The notes under the pieces are model-generated. The model had not been told where the DNA came from, did no database searches, and saw nothing but the letters and a program-made list of their open reading frames with translations. This document shows, piece by piece, positions 25,105 through 37,989 of a DNA stretch of 64,000 nt. Made by a program: the position numbers and the translations under genes. Origin of the DNA: Eledone cirrhosa (Eukaryota); assembly GCA_964016885.1 (NCBI GenBank), contig OZ024742.1, positions 257,610,001-257,674,000 of the forward strand, given 5' to 3'. The stretch's first letter is position 1. Each line of letters starts with the position of its first letter.

Positions 25105-25110
<6 letters not shown>
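24245..25110. mobile_element. Inverted pLTR pair with HHRs at 24295-24349 (-) and 24909-24963 (+)
   Basis: ACUGC CUGAAGA ggucacagcc..ggcugucacu GAAA uauaua UA GCAGU; arms ~24250-24470 and ~24800-25012. Confidence 0.8.
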
Positions 25111-25189
<79 letters not shown>

Positions 25190-25287
25190 ATTGAAAGCAA
25201 AATTTGTTTGTTTTTAGGAAACCACTGGTAAATGAAATAATTGCCTTATGTTGTTTATTACATAACTATATATATATATATATATAT

Positions 25288-26687
25288 CCGGGAAATGCCT
25301 CTCTAGTAACATTGTCTACAAATGTAAGGTTGTAACACCCACGTCCCGTAGGGCCTACATAGGGTTAACCGCGAATAGTTTCAAGCAGCGTCTTTACATG
25401 CATACCCATTCTTTTCGTTACCCTCTAAGAAGGAATATGACGTCACTTTCAGCTTATATCTGGAGTCTAAAAGACAACCACACCCAATATAAGTTACACT
25501 GGGAGATCCTAGCTAGGGCTAGATCGTATAACGGAAATAAAAGACCATGTGACCTCTGCGCCGCTGAGGCCCTGGAAATACTCTACGCTACAGACCACAT
25601 CTTAAACAAAAAATCTGAGGCAATTTCGGCTTGTAAACATAAATTGCACAAAACTTTCCTGTATTACAGCCCCACGTTATACCCTAACGGATAGCACGAT
25701 CTATACGTGGATATTTTACGTCTTGATGTGGGAGCTAAGTATACGTTTTGTTTATTCCTTTACTTATTTGCATAGGTAAGTATATATTACCCGTATGTTT
25801 TGTGAAGTTATGTATACCTTCTCGTACGTATATTTGACTGTTATAGCGTATAATTTTTACATATTCTGGTAATTAGGATTTGGCTATGTGTATACGGGAG
25901 TTTTGCGTCCGCGTGAGTGTGCAGGTTCGTACGTATGATGGGTGTGTGTATATGTGTACTTCTTGTTTAGTTGTCTTACGTCTCCGAACATTCGTGTATT
26001 TATATGTAGGTATGCGTGTGCGCTTGTTATATACGTATTTATTTATTTATATACGTGTATATAATTATATATTTATTCGTACACAAGCATACACACACAC
26101 ACATATTTATATGTGCCTGGTTTTGCATACCCATGGTAAGGTTTTGCGTATGCTTGTGTATGTACCTATCTGTTTGCGTGTATGTATTTATTTGTTTCTA
26201 TTACTTCTGTATTGTCTTTATTTACTTGTTCTTAACTCTGTAGCGGAGATTCATTTGGTCTCCTAGTTAGAATTTTAGTCTACGATTTCTGCTATACCAT
26301 TTACGTGGTTTTGTCTTTGCGTGCTATTGTTCTCCACGCTCCACATATGACTTATTATCTTCGTTTTTTCGTTCATTGCCAGAGAACGTCTCTATGCACC
26401 ACCTAAGAGAACATTAGTCTACGACCTCTTTTATACCATAAACGTGGTTTTGTCTTTGCGCGTAATTGTTTTTCACCGCTCCTATTAATGACGTATTATT
26501 CGTTTTTTCCCGTTCTTTGCCAGGGAACGTTTCCACGAACCAAAGTATCGTCTTCCTGTCTTCCTCCGGTTGCAACGTTTTTTGAAATATCCAGTTCTGC
26601 GTTTACAGATTGACTTTGTTAGTTTCAGAAGATCCCGTTAAGGGTGAAAACAGCGATTCTTTGCTTAAACTTTAATCTGTTATTTTA

Positions 26688-26692
<5 letters not shown>
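25288..26692 (+). mobile_element. 5'-truncated copy of the 15227 PLE (GIY-YIG C-terminal part + pLTR)
   Basis: ORF 25398-25694 is nearly identical to the end of 16707-17357; (TA)n on both sides. Confidence 0.95.
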
Positions 26693-26728
<36 letters not shown>

Positions 26729-26773
26729 TGAGATTCTACAGGACTAGAACTGTTTCATTCATTAGAAATCATC

Positions 26774-26820
26774 ATTCCTGATGATTTCTAATGAATGAAA
26801 CAGTTCTAGTCCTGTAGAAT
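26774..26820 (+). ncRNA. Type-I hammerhead inside a ~100-bp palindrome (26725-26828)
   Basis: AUUC CUGAUGA u-uuc-uaau-gaa-u GAAA cag-uucuaguc-cug UA GAAU. Confidence 0.7.
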
Positions 26821-26904
26821 CTCATCTATATTAAAACTTTTATACTCTGCTATGTATTGAGTACCTTACTTACTGTGGTTACCTCCGATTCAACCCGGAA
26901 TAAC

Positions 26905-26948
<44 letters not shown>

Positions 26949-27717
26949 CTTTCTAGCAAATATTGGTAGTCTGCTTTATTTCATTTCGACTATAAACATA
27001 TATATATTTATATATACATATATATTTATACTTCCTTTTTTAATTTGTATTGCAAGATTTCCAATCTGACAACGTTTGGTGAAACAGGTATTGCAATACT
27101 TTGGTAGCGCCAGGCGTCAAATAAGAACACACGCAGCTGTTGGTTTTCATTTCAATTTATTTCAAATTTGTGGTTGTATGGTTGGTTGGTACGATAACCG
27201 GATGGGTGTATATATATTGTCAAATCTCTTTCGTCAAACAATGTCTGATCTCCTGAGTGACCTCGGTTTTATTCTGTGTCCCTCCTTTTTTCTGTCCTAT
27301 ACCAGATGGTGTAGGACAGAACAAAGGAGAGAAAAACATTTTATTTTTTACCGTCACCAATGTCATCTAGATCAACCCTATGCGACCATCACATCATTTC
27401 AATTCATCACCGTTTTCTTTTTCCTATGAACAAAACATGTCAGCCTTTCATTTGTACATACATTCTTACAACGCTCAAAATCGAGGGACCATCTACTCTC
27501 TCTCTGTCTATATATAACATGAACATACCACTAGAGAGCAGTTTGACAATCGCCACCGCATGCGGAAATGTTCTCAAGTGAGTTGACAAGGACTTAATAT
27601 CTCCACAAGATTTTTCTGTAAAGATTTGAATTACTAAAGAGAAACAGCCACCAATGCAGTAATTATTCTTCTCTTATCAAAAATAACTTACTGTATCAAG
27701 GAATTTCCTTCATTTTC

Positions 27718-27781
<64 letters not shown>

Positions 27782-28051
27782 GAACACAACAGATGGCGAT
27801 GCGCCACCAGTTTTCAAATCCATAGCTGATGGCTTTTAAAATATTACATTGATAAACATACCGATATATCGCCACATAACCACATTCACGTATTTCATAT
27901 ATAAACCTATATTTAATGCCTCATACACACACACATACAGCATACCCCCCCTCACACACACATAAACACACACACACACACAAACACACAAACACACACA
28001 CACACACACATACACATATATATATATATATAAATATATATATATAGATAT

Positions 28052-28532
28052 AAATTTTGAGTATATGTTGGTTGTATATCAACACCTAAGTATGCAGATT
28101 GGAGCACTCGACGAAGTGCACAGGTTGGTTTGGTTACTCTGGAGTAATGTAAAATAAAATAAATAAGTCAAATGTTTAAGATTTAACTTCGTTTATTACT
28201 GCTATATATATTTCGGTGACAGCCATCTTTGGCTGTGACCTCTTCAGGCAGTCCGAATTGGTGTGGTATAGACAAGTACATATGTTGTTGAGGTGTATAA
28301 CTTTGTCTGATATGCCCAGTTCCTGGTATGGTTGTTATTTCACTGAGGAACTGGGCATATCAGAGTATTGACAAAGTTATGCACCTCAACAACATATGTA
28401 CTTGTCTATACCACACTAATTCGGACTGCCTTAAGAGGTCACAGCCAAAGATGGCTGTCACCGAAATATATATATAGCAGTAATAAACGAAGCTAAATTG
28501 TAAACATTTGACTTATTTATTTTATTTTATTT
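28052..28532. mobile_element. Second inverted pLTR pair of the 24245 family; HHR at 28198-28252 (-, intact) and 28425-28481 (+, core CUUAAGA)
   Basis: Near-perfect ~185-bp arms; high similarity to 24245-25110. Confidence 0.8.
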
Positions 28533-28660
28533 TATATATATATATATATATATATAAGTAAGATGTATGGTAGGTCGTATGTGAATCGCGATGATCACGT
28601 CTGACCTACCAAATATGTGACGGTAGCTAGTTAAGCTCTATGCGTATACGCGGAGCAGAA

Positions 28661-31600
28661 ATATTAGTGAAAAAGAACAAAGGAACTATTATGACATTAT
28701 AACAAGTTTATTGCCGTCAGCCGTTTCGTCCGACCACATTGTGGGACTTTTCAAGGCATATAACATGTGATTGTAAGATCATTATTTACATCAACGTATC
28801 ACTCAAGGCTAGCAGTTTGAAATTGTGGTATACATCATCAGCTCCGCTTGTATAGTTGGGGTCTATATTCTGAGGGGGCTCTTTTATATTAGTTGTCGGA
28901 GTCAGGGATTGAAGGTTAAAAATTAGATAATATATAATTTACGCATTAACAGTAAACTAAAAGACTTGGGGTCCCGTAGAAGCACCTTACAAATACCACG
29001 TCGTTAGCGGGGCATATACATAGCTTAAAACAAACAAAAAACACCTACACACTAAGCTGGAGATGCCTTATTAAAGCTCCCCCATATAGCTCGTTGAGCA
29101 GGTTTTGTAGCCTGTGCCTATCTGAATCTCATGCCATAGTATTCTCAGGACTCAACTTGCTCAACAGGAGATCAGAAATCTTCTCGTCCTGCCCCCATAA
29201 TATACTTAGCTCGTTCTTTTTCTTCAGACCAGACACATAGCCCTGACACCACCCAGTCCTGCACTTGGCGGCCCCGCTGGCGAACAGGGTGCTTTTTAGT
29301 AACCCCGGCCGCATGGATGCCTCGGCTCCCCGATTGGCGATGGGGATTCTGGTGAGGAACAGACGACCCTGTGTGCCACTTGCCAACCTGGGATTGGTGG
29401 CAACATTGTTGCTGGGCACCCTGGGAGCAGCTGATACCTGCGATGTAGGACATTGTGAGTGCATGGACCCACGTTGACTAATCTGGAAAGGTGCCGTCGG
29501 AGATGTATGTCAACAAACTCGAGAACATGCCCAGGGAAACAGTAACAAAACACCCAATATGGCGGCCGCTCCCTGCCTATAACCCCCTCCACCCCCTCCC
29601 TTAGTAAACCCCCGCCCAAATAGATGCCCCTCCCCATTCTCCCTCACTCACATCTTTTGAGTTAGTTCTTTATTATCAGTTATTAGTTCTTTACTAATAG
29701 GAATTTTTTGTATTTTACCACAGTCGACTTAATGGGTTTGGAGAGTTGACTCCCTTGAAGTCTGACCACTCGATAAGTTGGGGGTTGTGCCCCTTGAACA
29801 GGGGTGTGTCTAGCTGGTCTACCTGCTGTCTGCTACTACCCGAGACTGGACACGGTTGTAGCCACAGGCCAGCGCGTGCGCGATAGCATAGAATATATAT
29901 GTTCTGCTAGTCACCCCGTGTAATATGATACCCTAAGATTCCATGCATGAGATTCACCGAAGCATGCTCAGTCTTAACCGGGAGATGACATGCGAACTTG
30001 AAAATACCACAAGTGAGACCCTCTGGATAACGTAGACGCCGGACTATACCCGCAAATATATACCATGATCTGTCTTGAATATACAGGGCTGACGGTATAT
30101 GGATAACACGACCACCATCTAAGCTGGAACCGACCCATACAGCAAACAAAGAGGGGACAGCCCTTCGCTTTTGACCAGTCGCGTGTGGGCTTGGAGTTCG
30201 TAATATACACACTGGTTTTTTTACCAATATAGCATGTAGACCAATACATCCTATGTAACGAGACCTTGGACTTAGAACAGGCAGGCTGGTCTATCGCGAA
30301 AGCGTGCAACCCCTGAAACTAAAAGATCGAACGGACCACACCCAGCAACCACTAGCTATTAGATCCACAGGTACATCTCCCAGAGAGTCCACGCAGCTGA
30401 TAGTGAATCCCAGTTGAACTTGAACTATGAGCTTTTAAACAAGACCAGCTGTGCCTGGAGCTATGCAGATGACTACATACGCATAATGGATATCGCGCCC
30501 ACACGGTCACCAGTACTGTTCATCCTGTTGTATGTATGTAAATATCCGTGCGCGGGATATCCCTGAGTACATTTTCTTGACCATCAATTGTTAATCGATT
30601 GTTTGTTAATTAGGCAGGAATATACCATTGTGTCTGTGCTAATCCTATGTGTTGCTGTATGTGTGTATAGTATCCGAGCGCGGGATATCCCTGAGCTAAT
30701 TTTGCCTGACTGTTAATAGTGTTTTGATTACTTGTTAATTAGGCAGGAATATATATTATTATGCCTTTGTTAATCCTGTATCAATAATTTTATAATTTTT
30801 TTTGTGATAATACATTGTTAGATTACTGAAGCTACCTTATACCTTCTTAAAAATACATTTTATAATTATTGTCTTTTTGCTTATGTATTTTCTTATTTAC
30901 CACTTTCTTTAATCTTGCCCAACTTGATAAACTCTTTGAATTGCTCCCTAATTAAATTACTTAAATTACTTAAATTATTGTATCTATTATGCCTAAGTTG
31001 TATCTGTTGAAGCAGCCCTAAGAAAATTCCTCGGATATCCCAAATACCGTAATTTTTAACTTTTAATGTATAATTTTCCGCAATTCGTTTTTATATATAT
31101 CCTTAAAGGCTCTCTAAAATTTTAATTCTTCGAAGGGTCTCTCGGAGGAAGTTCCTATTAAAAATATTAAAGGGGCCTTTTCTGAGAGAACTATAGAAGG
31201 CTCTTTGAATTAACCTTTAATTGATTAGTTTCTTTCAACTTAGTAGGGAATATCAAAACTTCGTAAGTTTTCTGAAATTTGTAAACGTGATCTCGGGGGA
31301 AGAAAGTTTTTTTTCTTTCGGGAAAAAAAAATTTTTCTCTCGAAGGAATTTCATAGGAAACTTTATATATTTTTTTAGGGAAACTTTATATTTTTATTTT
31401 TTATTTTATTAGCCTCTTAATTTCTTCTAGTTTAGTAGGTTTATTGGAGCCTGTAAGCTTTATGCACTTATTGAGGGATTTTTTAAGGTGCTTCTACGGG
31501 ACCCCAAGTCTTTTAGTTTACTGTTAATGCGTAAGTTATATATTATCTAATTTTTAACCTTCAATCCCTGACCCCGACATCTAATATAAAAGAGCCCCCT

Positions 31601-31810
31601 TAGAATATAGACCCCAACTATACAAGCGGAGCTGATGATGTATACCACAATTTCAAACTGCTAGCCTTGAGTGATACGTTGATGTAAATAATGATCTTAC
31701 AATCACATGTTATATGCCTTGAAAAACCCACAATGTGGTCGGACGAAACGGCTGTCGGCAATAAACTTGTTATAATGTCATAATAGTTCCTTTGTTCTTT
31801 TTCACTAATA
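28661..31810. mobile_element. 3.1-kb element with ~330-bp inverted termini (28661-28990; 31483-31810) carrying U3-A8 hammerheads (28712-28758 minus; 31715-31760 plus); probable non-coding PLE derivative
   Basis: Arms are reverse complementary; UGCC UUGAAAA gucc..ggac GAAA cggcug UC GGCA; internal ~130-bp direct repeat at 30541/30670. Confidence 0.7.
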
Positions 31811-32407
31811 TATATATATATATATTCCGAGCATTACGTTATATTAGGAAGATATTTTTAAATTAGTATGTTAATGAAATAATTACCAATGTTAGTAAAT
31901 CCTGCGAAATTTTACATTAATTAATTGACATTGAGTAAATTTCTTTAGAAATATGTTCATTAACTGATGAAGATGGCTTTAATGTAGTGTCCGTGGGAAA
32001 ATAATGAATCTCTATTTTTTGTTAAAATTTACAGTATAACTTCTTCATTTCATATTATTTATCAATGTGTTATAACACAATATAACTAATACGTAACAGT
32101 TATTCTCCCAATAAGTATGCCGGCAGGAACATAACAATTTGTAGAAACATATCATTATTCACGGATTACATTAATGTTTGTTGATATCACATTGTATTTT
32201 TTTCATTGTTATAGAAAGCATCTATGTAAAAACTAATGTACAGTACCACACATAATTATATAATTTCATAATTAATGAAACTCAGAAAAAAAGAATATGC
32301 CATTACATAAAAAGAAACGTTACACAATAGATAAATGACTGGCGTATATTTTATGTTCACCCTCTCACTATCACTGCATATATAGTTGTGTGTTTGTGAT
32401 ACATATA

Positions 32408-32438
<31 letters not shown>

Positions 32439-32439
32439 C

Positions 32440-32472
<33 letters not shown>

Positions 32473-32488
32473 GCATATAGATACATGA

Positions 32489-32560
<72 letters not shown>

Positions 32561-33005
32561 TCATTTATGTATGCATATGTATGATATTACAGTATAGCCA
32601 TTGAAACTTTAGGTAAACAAGCTCCTGGGTATATTATCTTTTGTAGTGTCTAAATGAATTGCGATTTACAATAGAACTGACTTCTAAGCCATGGGCTAAA
32701 TGCATGTAGAATTCAGCCACCTACGGCTATGTTACACCCTTTGTATATACTCTTTGTTTTCATATAAGTTGATTTCTTTATATTTTCTTTTTCTTCGGCC
32801 CCATAAGCAATTCATTAATTTTGCATCCATGTTGAAGTAAGCAGTTATTTCTCTCTCTATATTTAAATAAGGTAAACTTCTTATTTATAGAAACAAAGCG
32901 AATGTTGCGCAGATTTCTACCACATTCATTTAGAAACACGCAAACACATATACACACATATACACACACATATATACGTAAATATATATATATATATATA
33001 TATAT

Positions 33006-33606
33006 ATAAACATGAGAAGAAAGAATACTGCGTGGTTTGCACATGGGTTACATATGATCAAAATAGTCCTTCGTCAGTGATTTTCCAACCATCATTGGTA
33101 TTTCATTGCATTAAAAATCAGATATCTCAGGTTGGTGCGAGCAATAAATAAAAAAAGTTATTGGGACCAGAATTCGCGTAAGGCGAGAGGGACAAGTAAA
33201 CAACATAGAAGGATAAAAGCAAACCGAAGATAGGAAAATAAACAAGCAACATGGTTGTCCTGGTCAGCATAAGCTGGGTGGATTTCATGAGAGAGAGGGG
33301 TACAGACCGTGTTGATGTGTGTGAGATGTGAGCAAGAAGAGACCCACATGAGCCAAACGGGAGGAAGTGAAAAGGGGAGAAACAGAGAGTGAGTGAGTGG
33401 AAGTGTGAGGAAGATGTCAGTCGAGAGAAAGTGTTACTGACAAAGGGGGCGAAAGAAGGTGAGAGAAACAGAGAGAGCGGGGAAGCAGTAAGAGAGAAAC
33501 AGACAAACGCAGCCGAGGTAAATATATATAAAAAACATGAGAAGAAAGAAGAATACTGCGTGGTTTGAACATGGGTTACATATGATAAAAATAGTCCGTC
33601 AGTGAT

Positions 33607-33612
<6 letters not shown>
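33006..33612. repeat. ~520-bp unit bounded by ~80-bp direct repeats, in (TA)n
   Basis: aaacatgagaagaaagaa..tactgcgtggtttg..tcagtgattttc at ~33008 and ~33532. Confidence 0.6.
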
Positions 33613-33659
<47 letters not shown>

Positions 33660-33674
33660 TGTATAGATATATAT

Positions 33675-34334
33675 ACTAGCAGAAAAACCAGCCTTCTGGT
33701 GGTTTTCTGCTAGCATGTATAGTGTGTATATTGCTATTATACGCAAGTATATATGCATGTAGATGTGATACATCAAATCAAATCGTAATTGACAATATAC
33801 ACAGAAATTTAACGAAAACTGTGTTACACTCTCTTATGTAATCAGGAACGTAATCCAAAATACATTAAAAAAGACAATAGTATATATCTGTTAGCATGTG
33901 TGGTGTGTATATTGACAGTATACGCAAGTATATATGCATGTAGATATGATCAAATAAAATCGTAATTGACAATATACACATAAATTGAACGAAGACTGTG
34001 TTACACAGCCTTATATAATCAGTAACGTATTCCATGATACATTAGAAAAAGACGATATTATATATAAACTGCCTTAGGAGTAAATTAGTGACAGAAACAT
34101 ATGAATATTTATTTAAACCATCATTAACCGGAAGTGATGACATTGGAACGTTTTAAAGAAGTGCATCTTTAAATAAGTAATATCATAAATTTAGTGAATT
34201 GCCACGAAATTTAGTGGATAAATTATGTAATATTCATTTATTATTTATTCAAAGTAATATAACTTATTTTACTAATGGGATAAAAAATGATAAACCGTTC
34301 GCAGAACCGCGTTTCAACTTTATTATAGTTTAGA
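33675..34334 (-). mobile_element. Non-autonomous Helitron-like element
   Basis: Minus strand begins TCTAAACTATAATAAAG and ends with a hairpin + CTAG; internal ~175-bp duplication; related copies at 34990-35120 and 37275-37880. Confidence 0.65.
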
Positions 34335-34541
34335 TATACATATATATATATGTATGTAAAAGTTAAACAGAAATAACAACACAATCGGAACATATATATA
34401 TATTATGTTAACGCTTGATATAGCAGAAAGATGGTACTAACGTTTCGGACGCTGGTCCTTAATCAGTAGAAAGAAAGAGAAATAAAATAGATTGAGGCGA
34501 CGGACGGGATGGAATGGAAAATATATATATATATTATAGAC

Positions 34542-34683
<142 letters not shown>

Positions 34684-35387
34684 CTATATACTATAAAGTA
34701 TGTCCATAGAGTCATTTGATAAAATATATACACCATTTCCTCTCCCAATTAGCATAATTAACCACACAAAACATCAATTAGACCAGGCTATAAGATTAAA
34801 AGGCACCTATGAAGAAATAGTAGATAAATAAACGACAGAAATCTCTTCACGGCCAACCGCCATAGAATATATACCCCACATTTCAACAGCACGTGGAAAT
34901 CGATTAAATATACCGTCAACCATACACAATTATGTATAAAATTATGTTAGAAGAAATGCATATACACCTACCAGGATTACGTTTGTACCCTCGGTTTATC
35001 ATTTTTTTATCCCCTTAGTAAAATAAGTTGGATTACTTTGAATAAATAATGAATGAATATTCCATAATGTATCCACTAAATTTCCTGGCAATTCACTAAA
35101 TTTATGATATTACTTATTTAAAGTGATCCCCGCCAGAAACGAATTCAAAATGGCTAACAATTCTGATGTGGCAGTGGTCAAGTCAGAAATAATGTGATTG
35201 GTTGCTTACGGCGAGTGGATGGTTGCTAGAAAGCGCAGCCCAATATTTCCCAAATTGCATCTAAACCTAATGGAAGATTATTAAATATAAAGATTTACAT
35301 ATAGACAAAATAGACAAAGTCAAAGATATATATGTTTTTGTTTTGCAACCATTCACTATGTGGCTCAATGATGAATTAAATAATTAC

Positions 35388-35444
<57 letters not shown>

Positions 35445-35445
<1 letters not shown>

Positions 35446-35980
35446 AGTAAAAATTAGCGAGAATCGAATTTCAGACTATGAAATAATGAAAGAACACTTT
35501 CGAATTGTGAGGCAAGCGCTCAATAATTCAAAAGAATTAGAGCTTACAACTTACGTTAAAGGCCAAACACACTGAGATGGTGGTTAAACTAATTATCCAC
35601 ACAGCGAAGATTCGATCTCCTATTTCGGGTCAAACAGATATACAGATATAAAAATATATGAAAGCATAAATGTTTTATACTCACCGGACCCCTGGAATGA
35701 TGGTAAAGTCCAGTGTTGGGGTTTCTGCGGCTTCGTAAGTCATTTACAGTCCACTTACATAAAGAATGTTAAGTTTCTCGTATCCTGACTGAACTAGGAG
35801 TGCGCGTTATCAACGGGATTCAGTTCTAAAGACCACATAGACGTGTCTGTAACTGACCCACGTGGGGTTCAGCAAGGGAGGCAGCACCTAAATTAGGCGA
35901 ATGAATTCATCTGTGTATAATATTGCAAAAATGCAAAATATCACAAATCGAATGAAGCTCTCGACAGAGTGGTTAAATAA

Positions 35981-35985
<5 letters not shown>
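35445..35985. repeat. Diverged relative of the 616-bp tandem unit
   Basis: Shared ordered motifs gctcaataattca..gaat.agagct, gaagattcg, aaacagata, ccggaccc..gggtttctg. Confidence 0.55.
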
Positions 35986-36026
<41 letters not shown>

Positions 36027-36179
36027 GGTGTGGGTTGCTTAAAGCAACCGTAAGCGGTAGGCCGTTTGAGCACTCGATGCTCTTACAGAGCAGAGTATGG
36101 TGTGACATAAGAAACGGAGAATCAGTGTTGCGACGAATAAAATGTATTGGACATTACAGTCCTAATGTCCAATAAATAT

Positions 36180-36460
36180 TATTCGAGGAGGTTTCCACTT
36201 GATCCGATCAACGGAACACACTGCTCGTGAAATTAACGTGCAAGAAGCCGAGCTTTCTACAGTCACGGGTACCATTAACTTAGTTCTCAAGTATTTTCTG
36301 CGTGACACAATTGCAGACAGAACTCATGTTTGCCAGCTGTGGGGAATATAGCAATCTAAAATAAATTGTCTTGCACAGAGACACAACGCGCTGCCGGGAA
36401 TCGACCCCACAACCTGCCGATTGTGAGCCGAATACCCTAACCACAAATGACACGCGACTT
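36180..36460 (-). mobile_element. tRNA-derived SINE
   Basis: gggaatcgaccccacaacc (B box, reverse complement); core matches 800-940. Confidence 0.7.
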
Positions 36461-37274
36461 TACATACATAGCTACATACATATATACATGCAAGAAGTGC
36501 GAAGGATACGTAAGTGAATTACAGGAGGACAGAATTACAAACCTAACGCAGAAATACTTTGTAGATGACCTAAAATGCTAATGAGAATTAGAAAAAAATC
36601 TGATCTGTTTATGACGTTCTCGACAGATATAGGAATTGAGTTTGGCCAGGATAAGTGTTCACATGAGTTTGTAAAGCGAAGAAAAACTACAAGCTAATCT
36701 AACATAAATGTCATTGATGGACTGCATGTTTCATCGATAACTGACGAAGGCTGCTATAGATACCAAGGAGAGATGAGAATATATCCTCTGCTGGTATTCG
36801 TAACAAGGAACGCGTAACCGTTGAGTACTGCACGCGATTAAGAAAAGTATATGCATCTGAAATCATTGTGCACAAAATAAGTCAGTGTCTCATGATCTGT
36901 TTGTTGTGCTTGTCATGGCACCATCAATCGGATTACTCGATTGGACAATAGATGAAATTCGAGCTATCGATTCTAAACACGAAAAATCCTGAACCAAGCA
37001 GAAAATGTCCACATCACCAGTGACATAGACTACCTCTACATAGCCAGGGACAAATAGGTCTAACATCAGTCCAGACAGCATTTGAATGTCGCATCATATC
37101 CTTCCGACGATATCTACCAAACACAAAGCGTACGAGCACATCTATTCAGAAAGTATATCTACATAAGATGCCCCTGTCTCTTTTGTGAATTAGGTATTTT
37201 GTATTGGTTTCCTGTTCTTTGATTGCAAAAGCATGTCTTTCAAAATGAGAACCAATGTAGCGGTTTCATAATAG

Positions 37275-37880
37275 ACTACTTTGCTTATCTACATCTAAGC
37301 TATAATAAAGTAAGAAGCGCAGGACTACGTACGGTGTATAATATTTTATCACACTAGTAAGATAAGTTGCATTACTTTGAATAAATAATTGTTTCTACTT
37401 TTGGCAGAAGGCCAGCAATTATCCCAGTGTATTACTAGTACTGTATTTAATCGACCTCGTTAGGATGAAAGGCAAAGTTAACCTCAGCGGGATTTGAACA
37501 CGAAATTTTGTAGATACATTATGTAATATTCATTCATTACTTTGAATAAATAATGAATGAATATTACATAATTTATCTACTAAATGTCGTGGCAGTTGAT
37601 CAAATATATTTTGTTTATTTAAAGATTGATTTCTTTAACATTTCTGAAATGTCAACACTCCCGGTTGGCCATCGCTTAAATAAACATACTAATTTTATCC
37701 TAATGCGGTTAATATATAATATCGTCTTTTTTAATGTATCATGGAGTACGTTACTGATTAAATAAGACAGTGTAACGCAGTCTTCGTTCAATTTCTCTGT
37801 ATTATATAATGTCAATTACGATTTTATTTGATGCGTATAATATCAATATGCACACTACACATGCTAGCAGAAAACTACCC
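37275..37880 (+). mobile_element. Helitron-like copy with a SINE fragment (~37390-37505, minus) inserted
   Basis: tctaagctataataaag start; reverse complement of 33675-34334; SINE core gatgaaaggcaaagttaacctc. Confidence 0.6.
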
Positions 37881-37989
37881 TGGCAACATATCCCTGCATG
37901 ATTATTTTTGCTGATAAACATTCGTCTTTTCATCCCTGGATTCCCTGTGGTGATGCTGGGCAATTAAACTGGATGTGAGGTTTTGATTA

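Noticed and set aside
29129-30309. GC-rich ORFs inside the 3.1-kb element, including CYIGK
   Set aside because: Overlapping short ORFs without coherent RT or GIY-YIG motifs
33030-33085. Minus-strand CUGACGA in the 80-bp direct repeat
   Set aside because: No GAAA or stems at the proper spacing; second copy lacks the core
35125-35260. Promoter-like motifs (ATTGG, GTTGCTAG)
   Set aside because: Short motifs contiguous with a Helitron-like fragment; no downstream gene
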